This document shows positions 49,100 through 63,814 of a stretch of DNA of 64,000 bases, one piece after another. The notes under the pieces are model-generated. The model ran no database searches, was not told the DNA's origin, and saw only the letters and a list, made by a program, of their open reading frames with translations. This DNA is from Leptogorgia sarmentosa. Its lineage: Eukaryota. The DNA is taken from NCBI GenBank assembly GCA_964658305.1, contig OZ210885.1:2418001-2482000 (forward strand), read 5' to 3'. The translations under genes and the position numbers were made by a program. The number at the start of each line of letters is the position of its first letter. Within the stretch, counting starts at the first letter, position 1.

Positions 49100-49810
49100 T
49101 CATGGTGCTATAACAAAAATTATTATATGGCTGACATAAATGCCGCACGCTGATTGGTTGATTAGCGGTCCGGAAAAAGTCATCTTGCCCGCTCAGGAAA
49201 GTCATCTTGCCCGCTCGTGAAACTATTGTACAAATAAAATTTTTAAGGAAACTAAATCTTATTATGCCGTACCGTGACGATGAAGAACACTCCCCGATTG
49301 AATTTTACTGTCCCAGAAAAACACACGACACAAAATGCTGAGTTTTAAAGTGAAAATAACGGCGAACAAAAGAACAGTTCGAAAACTGTTGCGAACATGA
49401 TTGTTTTCACAGCACTTAAATGGCTTCATTTCGCATCGAACATTTGTTGTTTATCACGACATTTACATTATATTTTTTTATTCAATTTTTTCCTTTGTTG
49501 TATTTTTATTGTTTTGTTGTTGTACAGCAGTGAACGGCCAGAAACCGCCATTCAGTATGCCAGTGTATACGGCTGAACGTTTTAGCAGCGAAAGTGTTTT
49601 CTAGTTCTTTCTACAATGTCAGAACAAATTGCGATCGAACAAAGCCATATAATAAATCCCTTATTAACCTCATTTGCTCTGTCTGTACGGGAAAGTATTG
49701 CCTTCGGTTTTTAACGCACAGACCTCGCTCCTTCGTCGCTCGGTCTGTACGAAAACCCTCAGGCAATACTTTCCCGTACAGACCTCGCACTCGGTTAATA
49801 AGTCCTTAGT
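49100..49810. mobile_element. ~700-bp non-autonomous insertion ending in a long imperfect hairpin (~49662-49803); absent from unit A
   Basis: The flanks align to ~19190-19250. Hairpin arms ttattaacc...gtctgtacgggaaagtattgcc / ggcaatactttcccgtacagac...ggttaataa. Confidence 0.65.
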
Positions 49811-51370
49811 CTAGTACATGCATTAACGTTTTTAATGGTTAGTACGAGTACGAATAAGTAATTAGATATAAATAAGTTATTACATGTAGTAATATTCAAA
49901 TAGTGATTTAAAATAATTACAAGTCATTTGTTGTTTGCGACTGTCAAGTGGGAATATTATATGACACAAATATTACCGAATGTTTTCGCTTATTAAATGA
50001 AAATGTATAATTGCGTGAATTCACAAATTTCCCTGATGTGGCAAGGATTGTTAGTAAAGCATTCTTGGTTCGCAGTCAATTTCAGCTGACCATGTGGCAT
50101 CCCATCCCGGCTGGTGCCAATAATTGGAATGGTTAAAATACTCTTTTCTCATATATTATCAACATGGCGGCCATAACTCGTAAATAAAATACGTAAACAC
50201 TCGTCAACCGTGAAGTAATCTCTATGTATCCCATGAAAAACAAACGGAGATGTGTTTTGCGTCGGCGTTGCATGTATCTCGCCCCGGCGTCTCTGGGGTT
50301 GAAATTCAATATGGGTTCTGGCCGCATCAAATTTCTATTCAGTGAGCCCTATGCAGGAAATCACCAATAGCAGCCGTACAAGGTGTCCCAAAAACCATTG
50401 AAATTAACGCATGTTTGAATTTTAATTTTGAATTTTGTTTTTTTTTAATTTTAATGTCTTTATACTTCGCGCCATTCGTCAAAACAAATACTCGCCATAT
50501 ATTAAATTATTGCTCTCTAAAGCCGCTATTTTTTACGCAATCCGTACTGCTGTCGAATTACAAAAATATGTTTTTCCGGCTTTAGATTGTTCATTGCCAT
50601 TTAAACTCGAGCACATCAATTATGAAATCAAACAGACTATTTTAACATTTTTTATTCAATATTCAATTGCTCTCGAATACGAGAATTGGCCTACATTTTT
50701 ACAAATCAGTTAGTAGCTATAACATGAATTTATCATATAATCTTATTTTCAACATTAAATATCTATGCGATTTAATACGAGGAAACATCTTTTCATAAGG
50801 CCAGTTTACACTTGGAATTTTTGCTTAGAATTTCTTATTCTATGAGGTTAAAGGTCCATTATACATTCTTTTCTTATTAATAAATAGTCAAGTAATGCTG
50901 AAAAACATTATACCCTGGTCTGTTGGTAAACACCGCCGAAAACACTACTTAACCAACTACTCACAACTTTTTACAGGACAGGACTACCCATACATTCTGA
51001 AGTACAATGCTATTAATAATTATTTTGAAATTTTCTATATTATTTACAAGCTCAATGTTAACAGGAAATTAATTGGACACACTTATACCACATATAAAAT
51101 TTTTTTGCCCATTAATAAGAAAACTGGAAGCTAAGGTAAGAAACAGAGGTCTGTCGAGTTCTAAAAGATCCAGGTCAGTGGCTCTCATTCAAAAAGTGGA
51201 CCGAGTGATCGTTTTAAACGTCTTTTCATATTTTCCTATTTTAACCTGCTGAATTTTGATTTCTTGAACTCAAATATTTTACGTCATCCACAGATTTTGT
51301 GAAGTAATCCATTACAATAAACTGAATGATATTTACATAAGCTCAATATTGCTGTGATTTACATCCGGAT

Positions 51371-54300
51371 CTAGCCAGGACATGATCCAGCCGTGTATCT
51401 ATAATACGCCATCTGACAGACACCATGAAAGTGAACAAATGCTCCTGCTACAACCAATACGTGAAAGATTTGATGACTTTGAAACTACAAAAGAAAAGTT
51501 ACGTATTTGGTTGAAAATTATGTTTCCCATATATTTCCAACCCTCTTCTTTCAGGTTATGTTTTCAAGGCCCCCAATTCCTCCTCCCTTTAACTTAAATG
51601 ATGATCTGTCTATGAATATGAAGTAAAAATTTCTGTTATTACAGTCGATTTCGAGTCAAGCACTTTTCACTAAAATCTTCCCAAGTTCGTTATGAAAACT
51701 ACAAAAGATCGTTGCGAAGTTCACAAATTCATAATGAATTTGATTGGCTACTTTTTAACGTTTAGCCAATCATAAACTTTGTTTACAAACTGGTTTGTGA
51801 ATTTCATTATAAACTTTTGAGCTACGGAACCAGCTTCCAAAGTCCGTAACGAATTTTTTGTGAAAAGTGACCTGAAATCGACGGCAACAAGTCAAACCAG
51901 ACTTAATTTCTCGAAAGTGGATAGAAAAAGTTATTTTCGAAATGGTAAATGGTTCCGTTACGAGTGGAGTAATCACGAAACTCCGTGAACAGTTGAGAAA
52001 AATTCATTGACTATGGCTGTCTTCCGGCTGGAATCGAACCTATGCCTGTGCGACGTTGAGCACTGGTCTGGGTATTTTTCAACTCAAAATTATGAAACAA
52101 ATCTACAGAAAATAAAATTATCGTGTGCATCCCCATTTTAAGGAATTAAAATATGTTGGGCTTATGATGGGCTTAATTAATGTGTGTTTTGGTTCAATTG
52201 GTTGCTAATATACCTGCGAATGGGTTGAGGGTAAATCAATATGTTTTTCTGGCACTAATTCACTCGACGTGGAATATTTTTTGATGGATTAAATGGTTTT
52301 AGTATCGCGAGTAGAGTATAGCACAATTAATCCCATTAGAAAATATTCCATATATTATACATCGAGTAAATTGACATAAAATCATAATTAGTACCCTCAA
52401 CCTAAAGAAAAAGTTACATCGCCGATTAGAAAAAAATCCAAACTATTTGCGCATTTGTGCTATGTAAAAAAGACGAAACTTACCACAATATTGCATTTTC
52501 CTGGGAAGAAACGTTCTGGAATCCTAGTTGCGTAAAGAACGGCCCCAGTGATGTACAGTACGCCCATCAGTATCAGCCAGCCCATGGAGGCTTGCTTCAG
52601 AGCTATTGTAATGCCATGTGCGATGAGAATATGGACGCACGGAATAATACCAGAACAGCCGAGACCAACAAACACGACTGGAAAGGAAATAAAATTCAAA
52701 AGCCGAAGTTTTTACAAAAGCATTAGTATGACTGTGTGCCAATTTGGCAATGGGAAGATAAAAGCCCGTCTTCCACTTCGCCATTTTTTTCGCGCAAAGA
52801 AGCAAAAAGACTAAAAAGAGAATGTGATTGGTTGGTGAAGTCGTCACTGTTTGTTGCCAACCAATCATGTTGCTGTTTTCTCTTTTCGCGCGAAAAAAAT
52901 TGCCTAATGGAAAACAGGCTTACAAACAGTCCCCGGGTGTAAGCTAGTCAGAGTTATCACAGTCTATTTATAGAAATACCCGCTGAAAAAGACTGTCAGG
53001 TCGAAACCAGGCGTCAATTCTGCTGTTCTAACATTATATGTGTTTTAATACAACTATTCACTACACGCACTGAAGTTTTTTGCCCGCTAAGATTATTTAC
53101 CTGCTCGAAGTACTCTGTATTTTGGCGTATTGAATTTCTCCCACAAAGAAATACATATACAGATGAAACCAAGCAAGCACACCATGGCTATATAAACAAT
53201 TTTTGTTGTTGGATAGCAGTAGAAGCCATAGTAAAGACACGGAATGAAGGAACCGACTATCAATAGAGCTATTCCAGTGTAGTCCAACCTATAGATAATG
53301 AAATTAGTATTTATTGAAAATAATTCAAGAGTTTCGATTGGTTAAGAGCTGCAGATGAGATCTTCATCTTTGTTCACTGTAAAACACATACTGTATATGA
53401 TATGAGGTCACACTAATTTATGCTGTTTATGCCAAAAGTGAGAAAATGGCTCAAAGAAAGGTTCTTGTTTACATTCAGCAAACATTTACCCCAAGTCCAA
53501 TTTATCAATAAATGATAAAATAATTTTTTAATTCAGTGCTCTTAGGATATGTTGAATTATCATGTTAAAGGCTTAAAATTGTTACAGTATCTGCCAAAGC
53601 TGAAGGCTGATTTGACCTCAATCAATAATTGTTTATTATACAAGCAAGCTAACTTGCTTCATACAGTATAATCAGCTCTAGGTGCAGACTAAACTCACCT
53701 GCTAAATAGATTTGAGATTTTATCTGAGTGGCAATCCATTGTATGGTAGAGGGTCGAAAATGCCAGACAAAACAGAGCTCCAGCAAAGAATGAACCAAAA
53801 ACAAACTTTTCTGTTATATCTCTTGGGAAAGGGTTTGACAATGTCACTGGTCTGAGGTAGAAATACAATGTGACGCAGACAAATGCAATGAAGCCTAGCA
53901 AATGTGTCCAAATATTCCCAGTCTCTGTGTGTATGCGAAACATGCTTTTAAAGCAGAGTCGAAAGGATTCTAAAGGAGGACGATGGCCATGATCAATGAA
54001 ATCATTATCACGAAGCCATTCTGGCAACTCCCAATGAGCCACAACACGCCAGCCTCGTTTTCCTGCTTCAATGACCTGCCGTGCCAAACGTTCAGCTTGT
54101 TCGGCGGCTTCTTTCACATGGATACGTTCCTTTACATTTTGAAACATCACTTGCAAGTTTTCTTCACCTCTTCCAATCAAAGCCTGGAAGTAATACAAAA
54201 GGCATTAAAATATCTGTCAGTAACAAACATTGTCTGAGACTGCATTTTGCCAAGGCTTTACACCATCCATATATGGGTATCTACTATAAATATTTATAAA

Positions 54301-55816
54301 AGAACAGGAAGTAGGTGAATAAATACAAGTCACATGATTAGTATACTGCATACACTAATTTTAGTCAAAATCGTAGAAGTTCATACATTCATTATCACTG
54401 TTCATAACTTCATGTCAATACAGAAAAAAAAATGAAAAAATTGAGGTATTTCTTGGTTGATCATGTGGTCAATATTTTGTCAGTCTATTGCTGTGCACAT
54501 GAACAAATATGTGCATTTCAGCTTAATGAGTCCACAAAACTTTGGACTTTTCCTTAAAACCCTTATCATAACACTAAAAATGCAAATACTTTCTGGGCAG
54601 CCATTGGCAAGAATTAATTTTGAAATAGACAATTTCTACAGTGAGAACTGAAAATACAAAGTGATTTCACTTTCAGTTTTGCAGCACAGAATTAATACTT
54701 TCAACACTGTCAATTAGTATTTACAGTGAAGCCTTTTAATTTCATATTCACAATAGGAATTGCAGAATTAAATCATGCCAATGTTACTACTCACTACAGC
54801 ATCTAGTGCAAGCAGATTAGTTATTACGTTTCTGACAGGGCAGGTAGTGCATAGCAACATACAAAGGCAGCAAACATTCTACTCACTATCCAAATAATAC
54901 ATGAAAATTTCACATTCCAAGCAAAGGCTCTTTGTCAGCAATCAGGAACTAATTCCTGATGATGGGCCTTTACTCAAAACGTTGAATCTTATTGTATTGT
55001 TTTGGGTAGTGAGTAGAACGTTTGCTGCTTATTCATAATTTGACATTTTTTAAACATAACAACTACACGACATTCAGTTGTAATCTAGCTATAAAGCTCA
55101 ATGGTCAATGCTGTTGATAGGACTGGCCCTTGTAATTTACAGTTATTTACCGGTATTAAAGGAGATTACAAAACACTATGTGACGGCGGTGACGCCATTA
55201 GAGAAGCTTTTATATTGTTACTGTAGAAATAGCATCTGTTTGATATTTTTGCAAATATCAGGCCTGTATCACATTAAGCAATCTAAAATTCGGTTTGGCA
55301 AATTGCACATAACAAAAACAACCTCATCACTACAAAAGCGTTGTTTTTGTAAAGACGCTAATGTTGTTATAAATTAATAATTAAGGTTAAAATTTCATAG
55401 CGTTCTGACATACACAATAACACAATATCATCAACAAAACTCAAAAGTTACACAATTTGGAAATTAAAAGAAGGGAAATAAAAGCCTGTAAATAGTTATA
55501 CGGAAACAAATAAAAAGAGTTATTTCAATACCTTGGCTGCATTGTAATCTGCTTGCAATCCCGCTTGAATGTCTCCTAATATCCTTGAGCACCCAATGTC
55601 TGTTGTCGAAGCCAAACTTTCCTGTGAACCGCTAATATTTCGAGTCATTTCGGTTGCTGGCGAACTTCCTTCTTCATCCAGCTCGGCTGCTGTACGAACT
55701 GGGTTTGTAGTTTCCTCTTCATCGGGCAAATAATCAGTGGATATTGTAGGAGTGATATTATAATCCATTGCTTTATTCCACTTTCGATCTCTTACTGAGG
55801 AGTGAAGTCGCTTCAT
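51371..55816 (-). CDS. ADIPOR-like: Adiponectin receptor / PAQR family protein, complete; exons 55816-55532, 54183-53699, 53288-53101, 52677-52484, 51484-51371, ~421 aa
   Basis: LPEWLRDNDF, HTETGNIWTH, STLYH, LDYTGI, RIPERFFPGK and SHQIFH motifs; all junctions are GT-AG and in frame. Confidence 0.92.
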
Positions 55817-56095
55817 AAAGTCGCCTAGCCAACGGTATCTTTTTAACTAATTAAACCACGCCACCAGTAATAATGCAAAACCACAAAATAAAACAAAATC
55901 TCGAGCAAGAGAACGAGCCAAAAAGCTTTCAATATCAAAAGCAAAAGCCTCCTGTATAATGACTACAAAGGATTTTCTCGCTATCTTCTTTCCAGTGAAT
56001 GTTTCAAATAAATACGGTAACTTCCGGTTTTGTGACCGGGATGGCGTGATCATACAAGGTCACTTCCGCTTGGACTTTAATCGAACAAAAAGGTT

Positions 56096-56192
56096 TAGCC
56101 TGAAATCAGACCTACGTTTTGCTGCCCTAAAATTCGCGGGTGATGGTCCCGCGAATTTTAGGGCAGCAAAATGGAGGTCTGATTTCAGGCTA
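56096..56192. mobile_element. Short palindromic MITE (TAGCCTG...CAGGCTA)
   Basis: Near-perfect 97-bp hairpin. Confidence 0.7.
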
Positions 56193-56668
56193 CAAAAAAA
56201 ATGCAAGTAACCGGCGAATTGTTCCATTTCTTCGTTTTTTAATTGACAAGCATGCCAAACACGGTGCAAAGAGTTGAAAAGCACAAAAAATTAAGAAAAA
56301 TAAAAGAAATACCAATATTGGTACTTTATTTCGCTATTTCTTCAGTTTTAAAAATGTCTAGGGCCGATCTGCCCCCCCCTCCCCCCCACCCCCCCATGTC
56401 CTCAACTGCGGTGAGTTCCAGTCAAGGATAGCGTGCAAAGATTCGGTCGTTACAAGCTCATATTTACTAAGCCGTCGAATTGTTATACAATATTTATCAT
56501 TTATATACCCGGAGCGAGGGTGATTCCAGTTATTATTATATATTTAAAATAACACAAACCTTGGCATCAATAATTCCTCATTATCCTACGAGAACCGAAT
56601 TCAATAATTGTTTATTATACGAAGCTACTGGTTACGTGCTTCCTGCTCTCCGCACTATTACATGGGCT

Positions 56669-57000
56669 TTTTATCATTTATATACCCGGAGCGAGGGTGA
56701 TTCGACGAAATATTACCCGAAGATCATGGTATTTCCCGAGGACGAAGTCCGAGGGAAATACCATGATCTTCGGGTAATATTTCGTCGAATCACCCTCGCT
56801 CCGGGTATATAAGTGATAAATATTATACCTCAAATTCAAATTGTCCAATCAAAATACCGTATTTCTATCACGTGATGGGGTGCTTTTTCCAGGTATTTCG
56901 CCTAGAAAATGAGATATATTCTGTATCTCACTTTAATAGAAATCTCACGTGATAGAAATACGGTATTTTGATTGGACAATTTGAATTTGAGGTATAATAT
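56669..57000. repeat. Near-perfect ~150-bp palindrome (56669-56820) followed by ~55-bp inverted repeats (56821-57000)
   Basis: Arms tatacccggagcgagggtgattcgacgaaatattacccgaagatcatggtatttccc are mirrored exactly; apex gaggacgaagtccga. Confidence 0.85.
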
Positions 57001-57478
57001 CTTAATATATATACTGGAGTCTGGACGAGCCAAAGTTTACTGAAAATACCAGAGCCTCGTTTCAGGCTTTTAGCGTTTGTAATGTAGGAACTTGATGATG
57101 GTTGGAACAAATAGTGTAAAGTCGCCCAGGAATAAAAGACAAACACATACGACTCGAATTAAGCAAATCAGTATTTTTAAAATACAGAATTCAATGATAA
57201 TGTTAGTGCATATTATACTGTATAATTATACATTTAATAATAAGTACTGCATAATATGACTGTACGCACGTCAGAACTTCAGTGTGATTTCCGTCGTTAG
57301 ACTCGTTACGAATAGTTTACAGTTCAATCCTTCCAACTACGATCGCATTCGCAAATTATTTTTATGTTCGCATTTCTTGGATTTGGGGAAGTTTCCGAGC
57401 TTTTTTATCATTGGATTATCAATAAAGCAACCATGGCTACATAATTCATTGAAAAGTGTTTGTGGTTTAGAATACAAT

Positions 57479-60400
57479 ATGCCTGTGATAATTATTCTAT
57501 TTTGTGGTCTTAGTGTCGCAGGTAAGTTCGATCAAGATTTTGTTGACCTAGTTTCGTTTTACTGATCCGATTCAGAAACGAATGGTTTTAATGCGTGCTC
57601 GAATATTTGAAATTGACTCAAATCCCTATAAAGTATGACCCAAGTATTTTATCAACAAGTTTGCTTTATAAATGTGCGTAAAGAATATTGTAAACAAAGA
57701 CTACAAAGAATCTACTTGTATTTATTTTATTGAACCATTTTAGTCCTTTTTTTATAAAACACAAAACTATAGATACTACGTAACTGTTAATATTTTAATT
57801 CTAAACGTTTCGACATGTATCAAAGTCATCATCAATAGAATCTCATATGGTTCATGAAGAACCAAGTAATCATCAATAGAACCTATATATGGCTCATCAA
57901 GAATCAACTCATCATCATTACTAGTCAGTAAAATCTATCATTCTACCGATTATGACTTGTAATACATGTCGAAATGTTTAGAATTAAAATGTTAACAATA
58001 TACGGAGTATCTATAGTTTTGTGTTTTATAAAAACACTCTATGGCAGTCGAAATTATTGATCTTCTAGCTTTAGATATTATACTATAATAATAAATATTT
58101 CGTTTATACCCCAGTACTAGTAGCCCAAGAGAGGTTGGTATTCCTGTGTATAGAACATATAAACGAACGTCCAGTCTCCCGTAAATAGCTCACGGACGCA
58201 TGCATGTGACGTAATGATAATATAGAGACATTACGTCCATCATATTTGCTTCAAAAAACATACGTCATTAATATAATTGTGGTCAATTTCCTGGACGCTG
58301 ATTGGCTAAAAAGCTCCAACAACTGTGCGAATTAAACTGTAAATTTAAAAACATCAAGTAAACCTAAAGTAAATTTTTTGTTTCTCGTGATAAATTTACG
58401 ATGGATTTTGATTTGTTGGATATTGAAATTGCACTGAAATTGACTACAATGATATTAAAAGGAAATTACACTTGTTCTCGAAGTATTAATGAAAAATTGC
58501 ACTTGTGTTTGGCGAAATACCGCTCGTGCCTCGCACTCGCGTGCAATTTTATACTTCCCGAACCGTGTAATTTCCTATGCTAATTGTGCTAAAAATTAAA
58601 CACTTAATACCGTGTTTTCATTTGCAACAAATCCCTTTCCTATTAGGTTTAGCTTTCAGCCTGGCTTTCAGTATTGGCCGTACCGACTGCTTGTCTGAGA
58701 TTTAATAAAAATAGAATCAATGCTTTTGAATGAATGGTCGCTTTAAAGCCTTTAATTTTAAAACATTTAAAGCGAATTTAGGCGATAAAGAACACATGAA
58801 AGTTCATAACTATGCTTCACGATATTTTACTGGCTGTCCCTAAAATACTCGAGGCCTAGGCTGTAGGGCCTTAGAAATGAGACAAGACTAAAAGAAGAGT
58901 TCGTAAAATTTAAAGCTTTGCTGCTTTATCGAACGTCAGCTCCAGATATTTCACAAAACATTCCAGTATATCATACTTGATGGCATTTCAAGTTTTGAAT
59001 TATATTTATAGCTTTAAGTGAGTCAGCGTTTTCACCGCGTTTAAGGATATATTTTTCATGTTATGCAGTCACACAATGATCATTAGGGTACGCATTATAG
59101 CCTTGAAGTTAATATTATGGTTGGGGGATAGGATGTGATAGATCTGAATTAGTGTGCGTAACATGAAAATATAACCGCGTTGAGCTAGCAACAAAAAGTC
59201 TGAAACGAATATTTCAAACGTCATAACATTGTTTGCGGAACAGATAGAAATGGAAAGTTTAGCAATAAATTTTGTTTTTACTTATTTATTTGATTAATTC
59301 GACTGTACTTGAAAGCTTCTCCTATCATGAACCTTTTTTTTACATTTCTTAGTTAGGTACCAAGCGGTCCCTCCTTACCCCTGGCTTTTAGAGTAAAATG
59401 CGAGTCATACTACTTTATTATATGATATGTCTTAATAGCAGGTGCTTTCTATAACACACGGACACCCATCACCCGCCTGCCACAGATGGCACACCCTTCT
59501 ATGACACACCTATCTACCACCGGCAACACGAATATTTAAGGTGATTTTGTGACATGCATTCCACTGATAATATTTTAATTTCTCCCATTTAGCAAGTCTG
59601 AGAATAAATAGTAAGAATACAGATGTGGATGTACTCTTAGGCAATAATGTTGAATTAAAATGGCAGTTCACTACGACAGCTGCAGAAACAAGCTTTATTT
59701 TCGCAAATATCAAATTATCATCAGCCACACTAACAGATGTAAATGTAGCTGTATCTACGTCCGAGTTTGTTCTTGTCATGGATGAACCCTATAAAGGTAG
59801 ATCATGGACAGCAACACGCCTTCAAAACAGCAAAGAAATTATCCTGCACGTCAAAAATGCGAAAATGGTGGATGATGGTGTATATTCCTTGGAATTATAC
59901 TATTTGACAAGTGGGTCACCTATATCTCACAAACACGGAATAAGACTAAATGTTCTCGGTAGGTTTCAAATATCCTAGTGATTATGTTTTCATTGCATTG
60001 TCGTACATCTCGCAGTGACCTGTCGTATTGCTTGTTTGCAATCACGTGACTTTTCGCCCGAATGACGAACAATTGTACACGAGTGATGAGTGGAAAAATT
60101 CACATCAGTCATCGAATCATTCAGAAATTCAGTCATTTGTAAACACTAAAAGGGCACCTTTGCCCCCAAGATGGTCACGTCACCAAGATTTACACTAAAA
60201 GGGCACCTTTGCTCTCCTTAGGAAAGGGCAAGGGGGCGCTTGCCCCTCCGCCCCCCCCCCCATCTCCGGCGTCCCTGCTTATATCCTTGCAATATTTAAA
60301 CAAATATTATCTAATTCACAATTGTAGCGCTATGCTATTGTTCATCATTGTTTGCAGTTATTCTTATGGATAAGAAAGTTAGCTATGGACAAGTAATGTG

Positions 60401-63400
60401 ATCTAAGTACATAAGTACATAGTACATAGTGTAATAGTACATAATGCCGCAAAGCCCCTCCGGAATTTTGATTTTTGCGAAAAATGTAACTCAGCACGTG
60501 TTCCCGGGAGGAAATATTTGTGCACACAACATGGCGGACGAGCGGTAAAGAGTGGACCTTGAGTCAGTAATTATAATGTTGCCAAGTTTCAACAATGTTT
60601 GAATATTACGTTGCCAAAGCGGTTATTCTCAGTTAGTGGCTGAAATGAGTGACCAGTCAACCTAGTATACCCTTAAAACTTTACAGTGCTCAACGGAACA
60701 TTTGTTTAACATCATGCACATTTGTTTATAAATATGGCACACATAGAATTAGGAGCAGTGTCTACCGGGGGAAAATTTTTTTTCACTTTCTTGTCGGGAT
60801 TACTGGATTTACACGGTCATTCCGAATGTTAAAAATAATGGTGTAAAACCTGAAAACTTTCATGATTTGTCCGCTTGCTCACATGAGAATAAGCAACTTG
60901 CAGTAGACTTGACTTAAGTAGCATCTTAGTGTTGGCAAACCACATTGAATGTTTTTTGTTCAGTAAAACCACATTACCCAACTGGCAGTTTTGATTCTGG
61001 AACTAAAACTTCAGATGAAGGAAAACAAGTTACCATAAAATGTGAGCCAGAAGGAAGTCCAAAGCCAATTGAAATAATCTGGGAAAAAGACAATCGCGTA
61101 TATAAACGAACAGATACAAACGACCCAAACTTGTCATTTGATAATGTCAGGAGAGCTGACACGGGAACGTACGTGTGTAAAGCAAGAAATAAAGCTGGAG
61201 ACGCCGCTATGGAACCCTCCACCCAGCTGATCGTCAAATGTAAGTTTACTTTGAAACACTACTCAAAATTGTCTTAGATTGTGTTGCACTCCTGTGAATG
61301 ACCAATTGAATATTTACCGTATTCCAGGTTTTCTTGTTTCGTTGTCAGGGCCGGCGCGTCAATTTTTAATTTTGAACCTCTACAACTCCGGAGGAAATGG
61401 TCATTTCAGAAAGCGTTGAGCGCCTATAACTTCATAATGTTGAATTAATGGCAATGATGAGACTGAGATTAATGAACTTGTAAACCACCAGGGAAAATGC
61501 AGGGGCCCGATAAATTCTTGGGCCCCTGGGCACTGGCCCAAGGTTCCCAATTGAATGAGCACGCGTGATGTTGACGTTTCTCATTCATACGAAAGACGTG
61601 CACGTTCCTATGTGCACACTTTCTAACGTACTTCCCTGCCCAATTTTTTGGAACCATGTCGACTGACTCAACTGAAAAAGTCTCAGGCATACCACTCATA
61701 TAAAACATATTCGCAAAACTTGAATAAAAATCATTCCAATAGTTTCTGTGCCGTTTTCGAGCTCTTAAATGTTAGGGTCATTAAACCCCTTTACTGTAAA
61801 CGATCAGGTATTATCTCGCAGACATCACGGAGTGATGTAGTTATAAATAATCTCACTGGAGGGTGCTGAAGGTGGTTTCCTATTCCCATTTCAAAGCCCG
61901 AAATTTTGACTAAATCCCAGTGTCTAAGAGCAGAAATCCCATCGTCTCAATGGCTGTCCTGCTCAAATCTTATAATCCCATTGCCATTTTCTATTGTTTT
62001 CTTGCTGATGAATCTCAGTCCAGTGCATGAAATCCAATTTCCCCAGTAAAAATAAGCAAATTCCAGTTCCCATTTTACTTCTTACTGTGATGTTAGAAAC
62101 GTGACAACTGGCTGGCGTGACAGTTGGCGTGGCTGTAACAAGTTTTGCGATTATATTCAATTTTTGTCACGGCCGCAAAGTCGGTACTATATGCCATATT
62201 ATTGGTGGTAATACCCCCTTACCCACTCGGCCCCTCCCCCACGGTCGCGCCGACCATAATCGTTGCAGTTAACTGAAACGCTACAAAAAACTTACAATAG
62301 GCCTACAGGTTATTCGACATAAGGTTCACGGTTAATTCGAAGAAGGTTGTCCAAAAAATCAGTGGGGAAGATACAGTATGATGAGCATTGCTTATTTAGA
62401 CGTTGCTCATCCTCCCTTGCTGTTTGAGCGCTTTAGATCCTAATTTGAGGCCACAATTTTTTTAAATTGCTCTCAGAATATTTATTGACAACCATACATT
62501 TCTTTACAGATAAACCTGTAAATACAGAATTTGTTGCAAAATCGCCTCTTCTCGATGGTACCACTGTGAATCTAGAATGTACTGCAGATGCAGAACCCAA
62601 AGCTGAATACAGCATTTCTGGTGGAGGAATAGCCCCAGGCCCTAACAGCGATAAAACTGGGATATTTCCATTCAGAGTACACCTTAGTCGGGACGGCAGG
62701 AATGTTACATGTACTCCTTTAAACAGACTTGGAAATGGGCCAGCAAGAAGTCTCATTCTTGATGTACAAGGTAAAATACTTTTTGTTCACGTACGAACTG
62801 CATCACATACAATTCCAGATGAAATACAACTAGCACAATTTTATTGTAACTGCGCTGAGCATTACATAAAGAGGGTTACAAGTCGCACCGCTTCAGGGGC
62901 ATGTAAAGTAGGTATGAATGTCCAAGAATTTGTTAAATGTTAATTTAATAACAAAATTACTTTTTAACATACGCTTTTTTTTACCAGTGAAACCAAAAAT
63001 TGTTTCATTTCCATCTGAATGGGATGCAACTGAAGGAAAAAATACTTCTGCAAAATGTGAAGCTACCGGAAAACCTGCACCTGAGATAATCTGGCTCAAA
63101 AATGGCGCGCCTTTACGAAACATGCCTGAAGATTTTGTTAGTGGTAAAGATCCAACTGGAGTATTTATAACTACATCCACTCTGACATTGTCTCCTGCAA
63201 CAAGAATTGATAATGGGAATTATGGATGTCAAGCGAGAAATAAACATGGAAATGTTAGAAAGACCGTTGGGTTGAAAATGAAATGTAAGTAGCTCCTTTT
63301 GGTCTCGCAGTGTAATGTAATCTTAAAGGCGTGTTCAAACGATGCCAACAATATGTTGATCCAACATCATCCAACATTGTTTAATGCAACATGTTGCCCT

Positions 63401-63814
63401 CGTTTGAACACTGCTTTGCATAATGTTGGTTTGATTTAAAGCTTGCTTACAATTTAAATCATCCAACATCGTGCGACATCGTTGCCCTAACATTACATAA
63501 TTATGATGTTGTTACTAATATTTTTGTATGTATAAATTTCTTTACAGATGTTCTTAAACCTTTATATACAAAATTTGTTGCAAAATCGCCTCTTCTCGTT
63601 AATACCACTGTGAATCTAGAATGTACTGCTTATGCCAACCCCAAAGCTGAATACAGCATTTCTGGTGGAGGAATAGTGCCAGGCCCTAACAGCGATAAAA
63701 CTGGGATAGTTTCATTCACAGTAGACCTTAGTCAGGACGGCAGGAATGTTACATGTACTCCTTTCAATACACTTGGAAATGGGCCAGCAAAAAGTTTAAT
63801 TCTTGATGTACAAG
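57479..63814 (+). CDS. Multi-Ig-domain secreted or cell-surface protein, 5' part; exons 57479-57521 (signal-peptide-like), 59593-59958, 60964-61239, 62510-62770, 62988-63284, 63548-63814; continues past the window
   Basis: One domain per exon and all introns phase 1. I-set motifs C..EGSPKP...W.K...DTGTYVC and C.ATGKPAP.I.W.K...DNGNYGC. The first exon assignment is less certain. Confidence 0.82.
57749..58034. repeat. Inverted repeat pair (~90-bp arms) in the Ig-gene first intron, possibly Penelope-derived
   Basis: ttttataaaacacaaaactatagatact...gtttcgacatgtat is mirrored at 57960-58034. Confidence 0.55.

Larger units (their letters stand above)
25146..54536. repeat. Segmental tandem duplication, unit B (expanded by the Polinton, a hAT MITE and extra 1.5-kb units)
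   Basis: Colinear with unit A and continues into the intact AdipoR intron 1 and exon 1. Confidence 0.9.
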
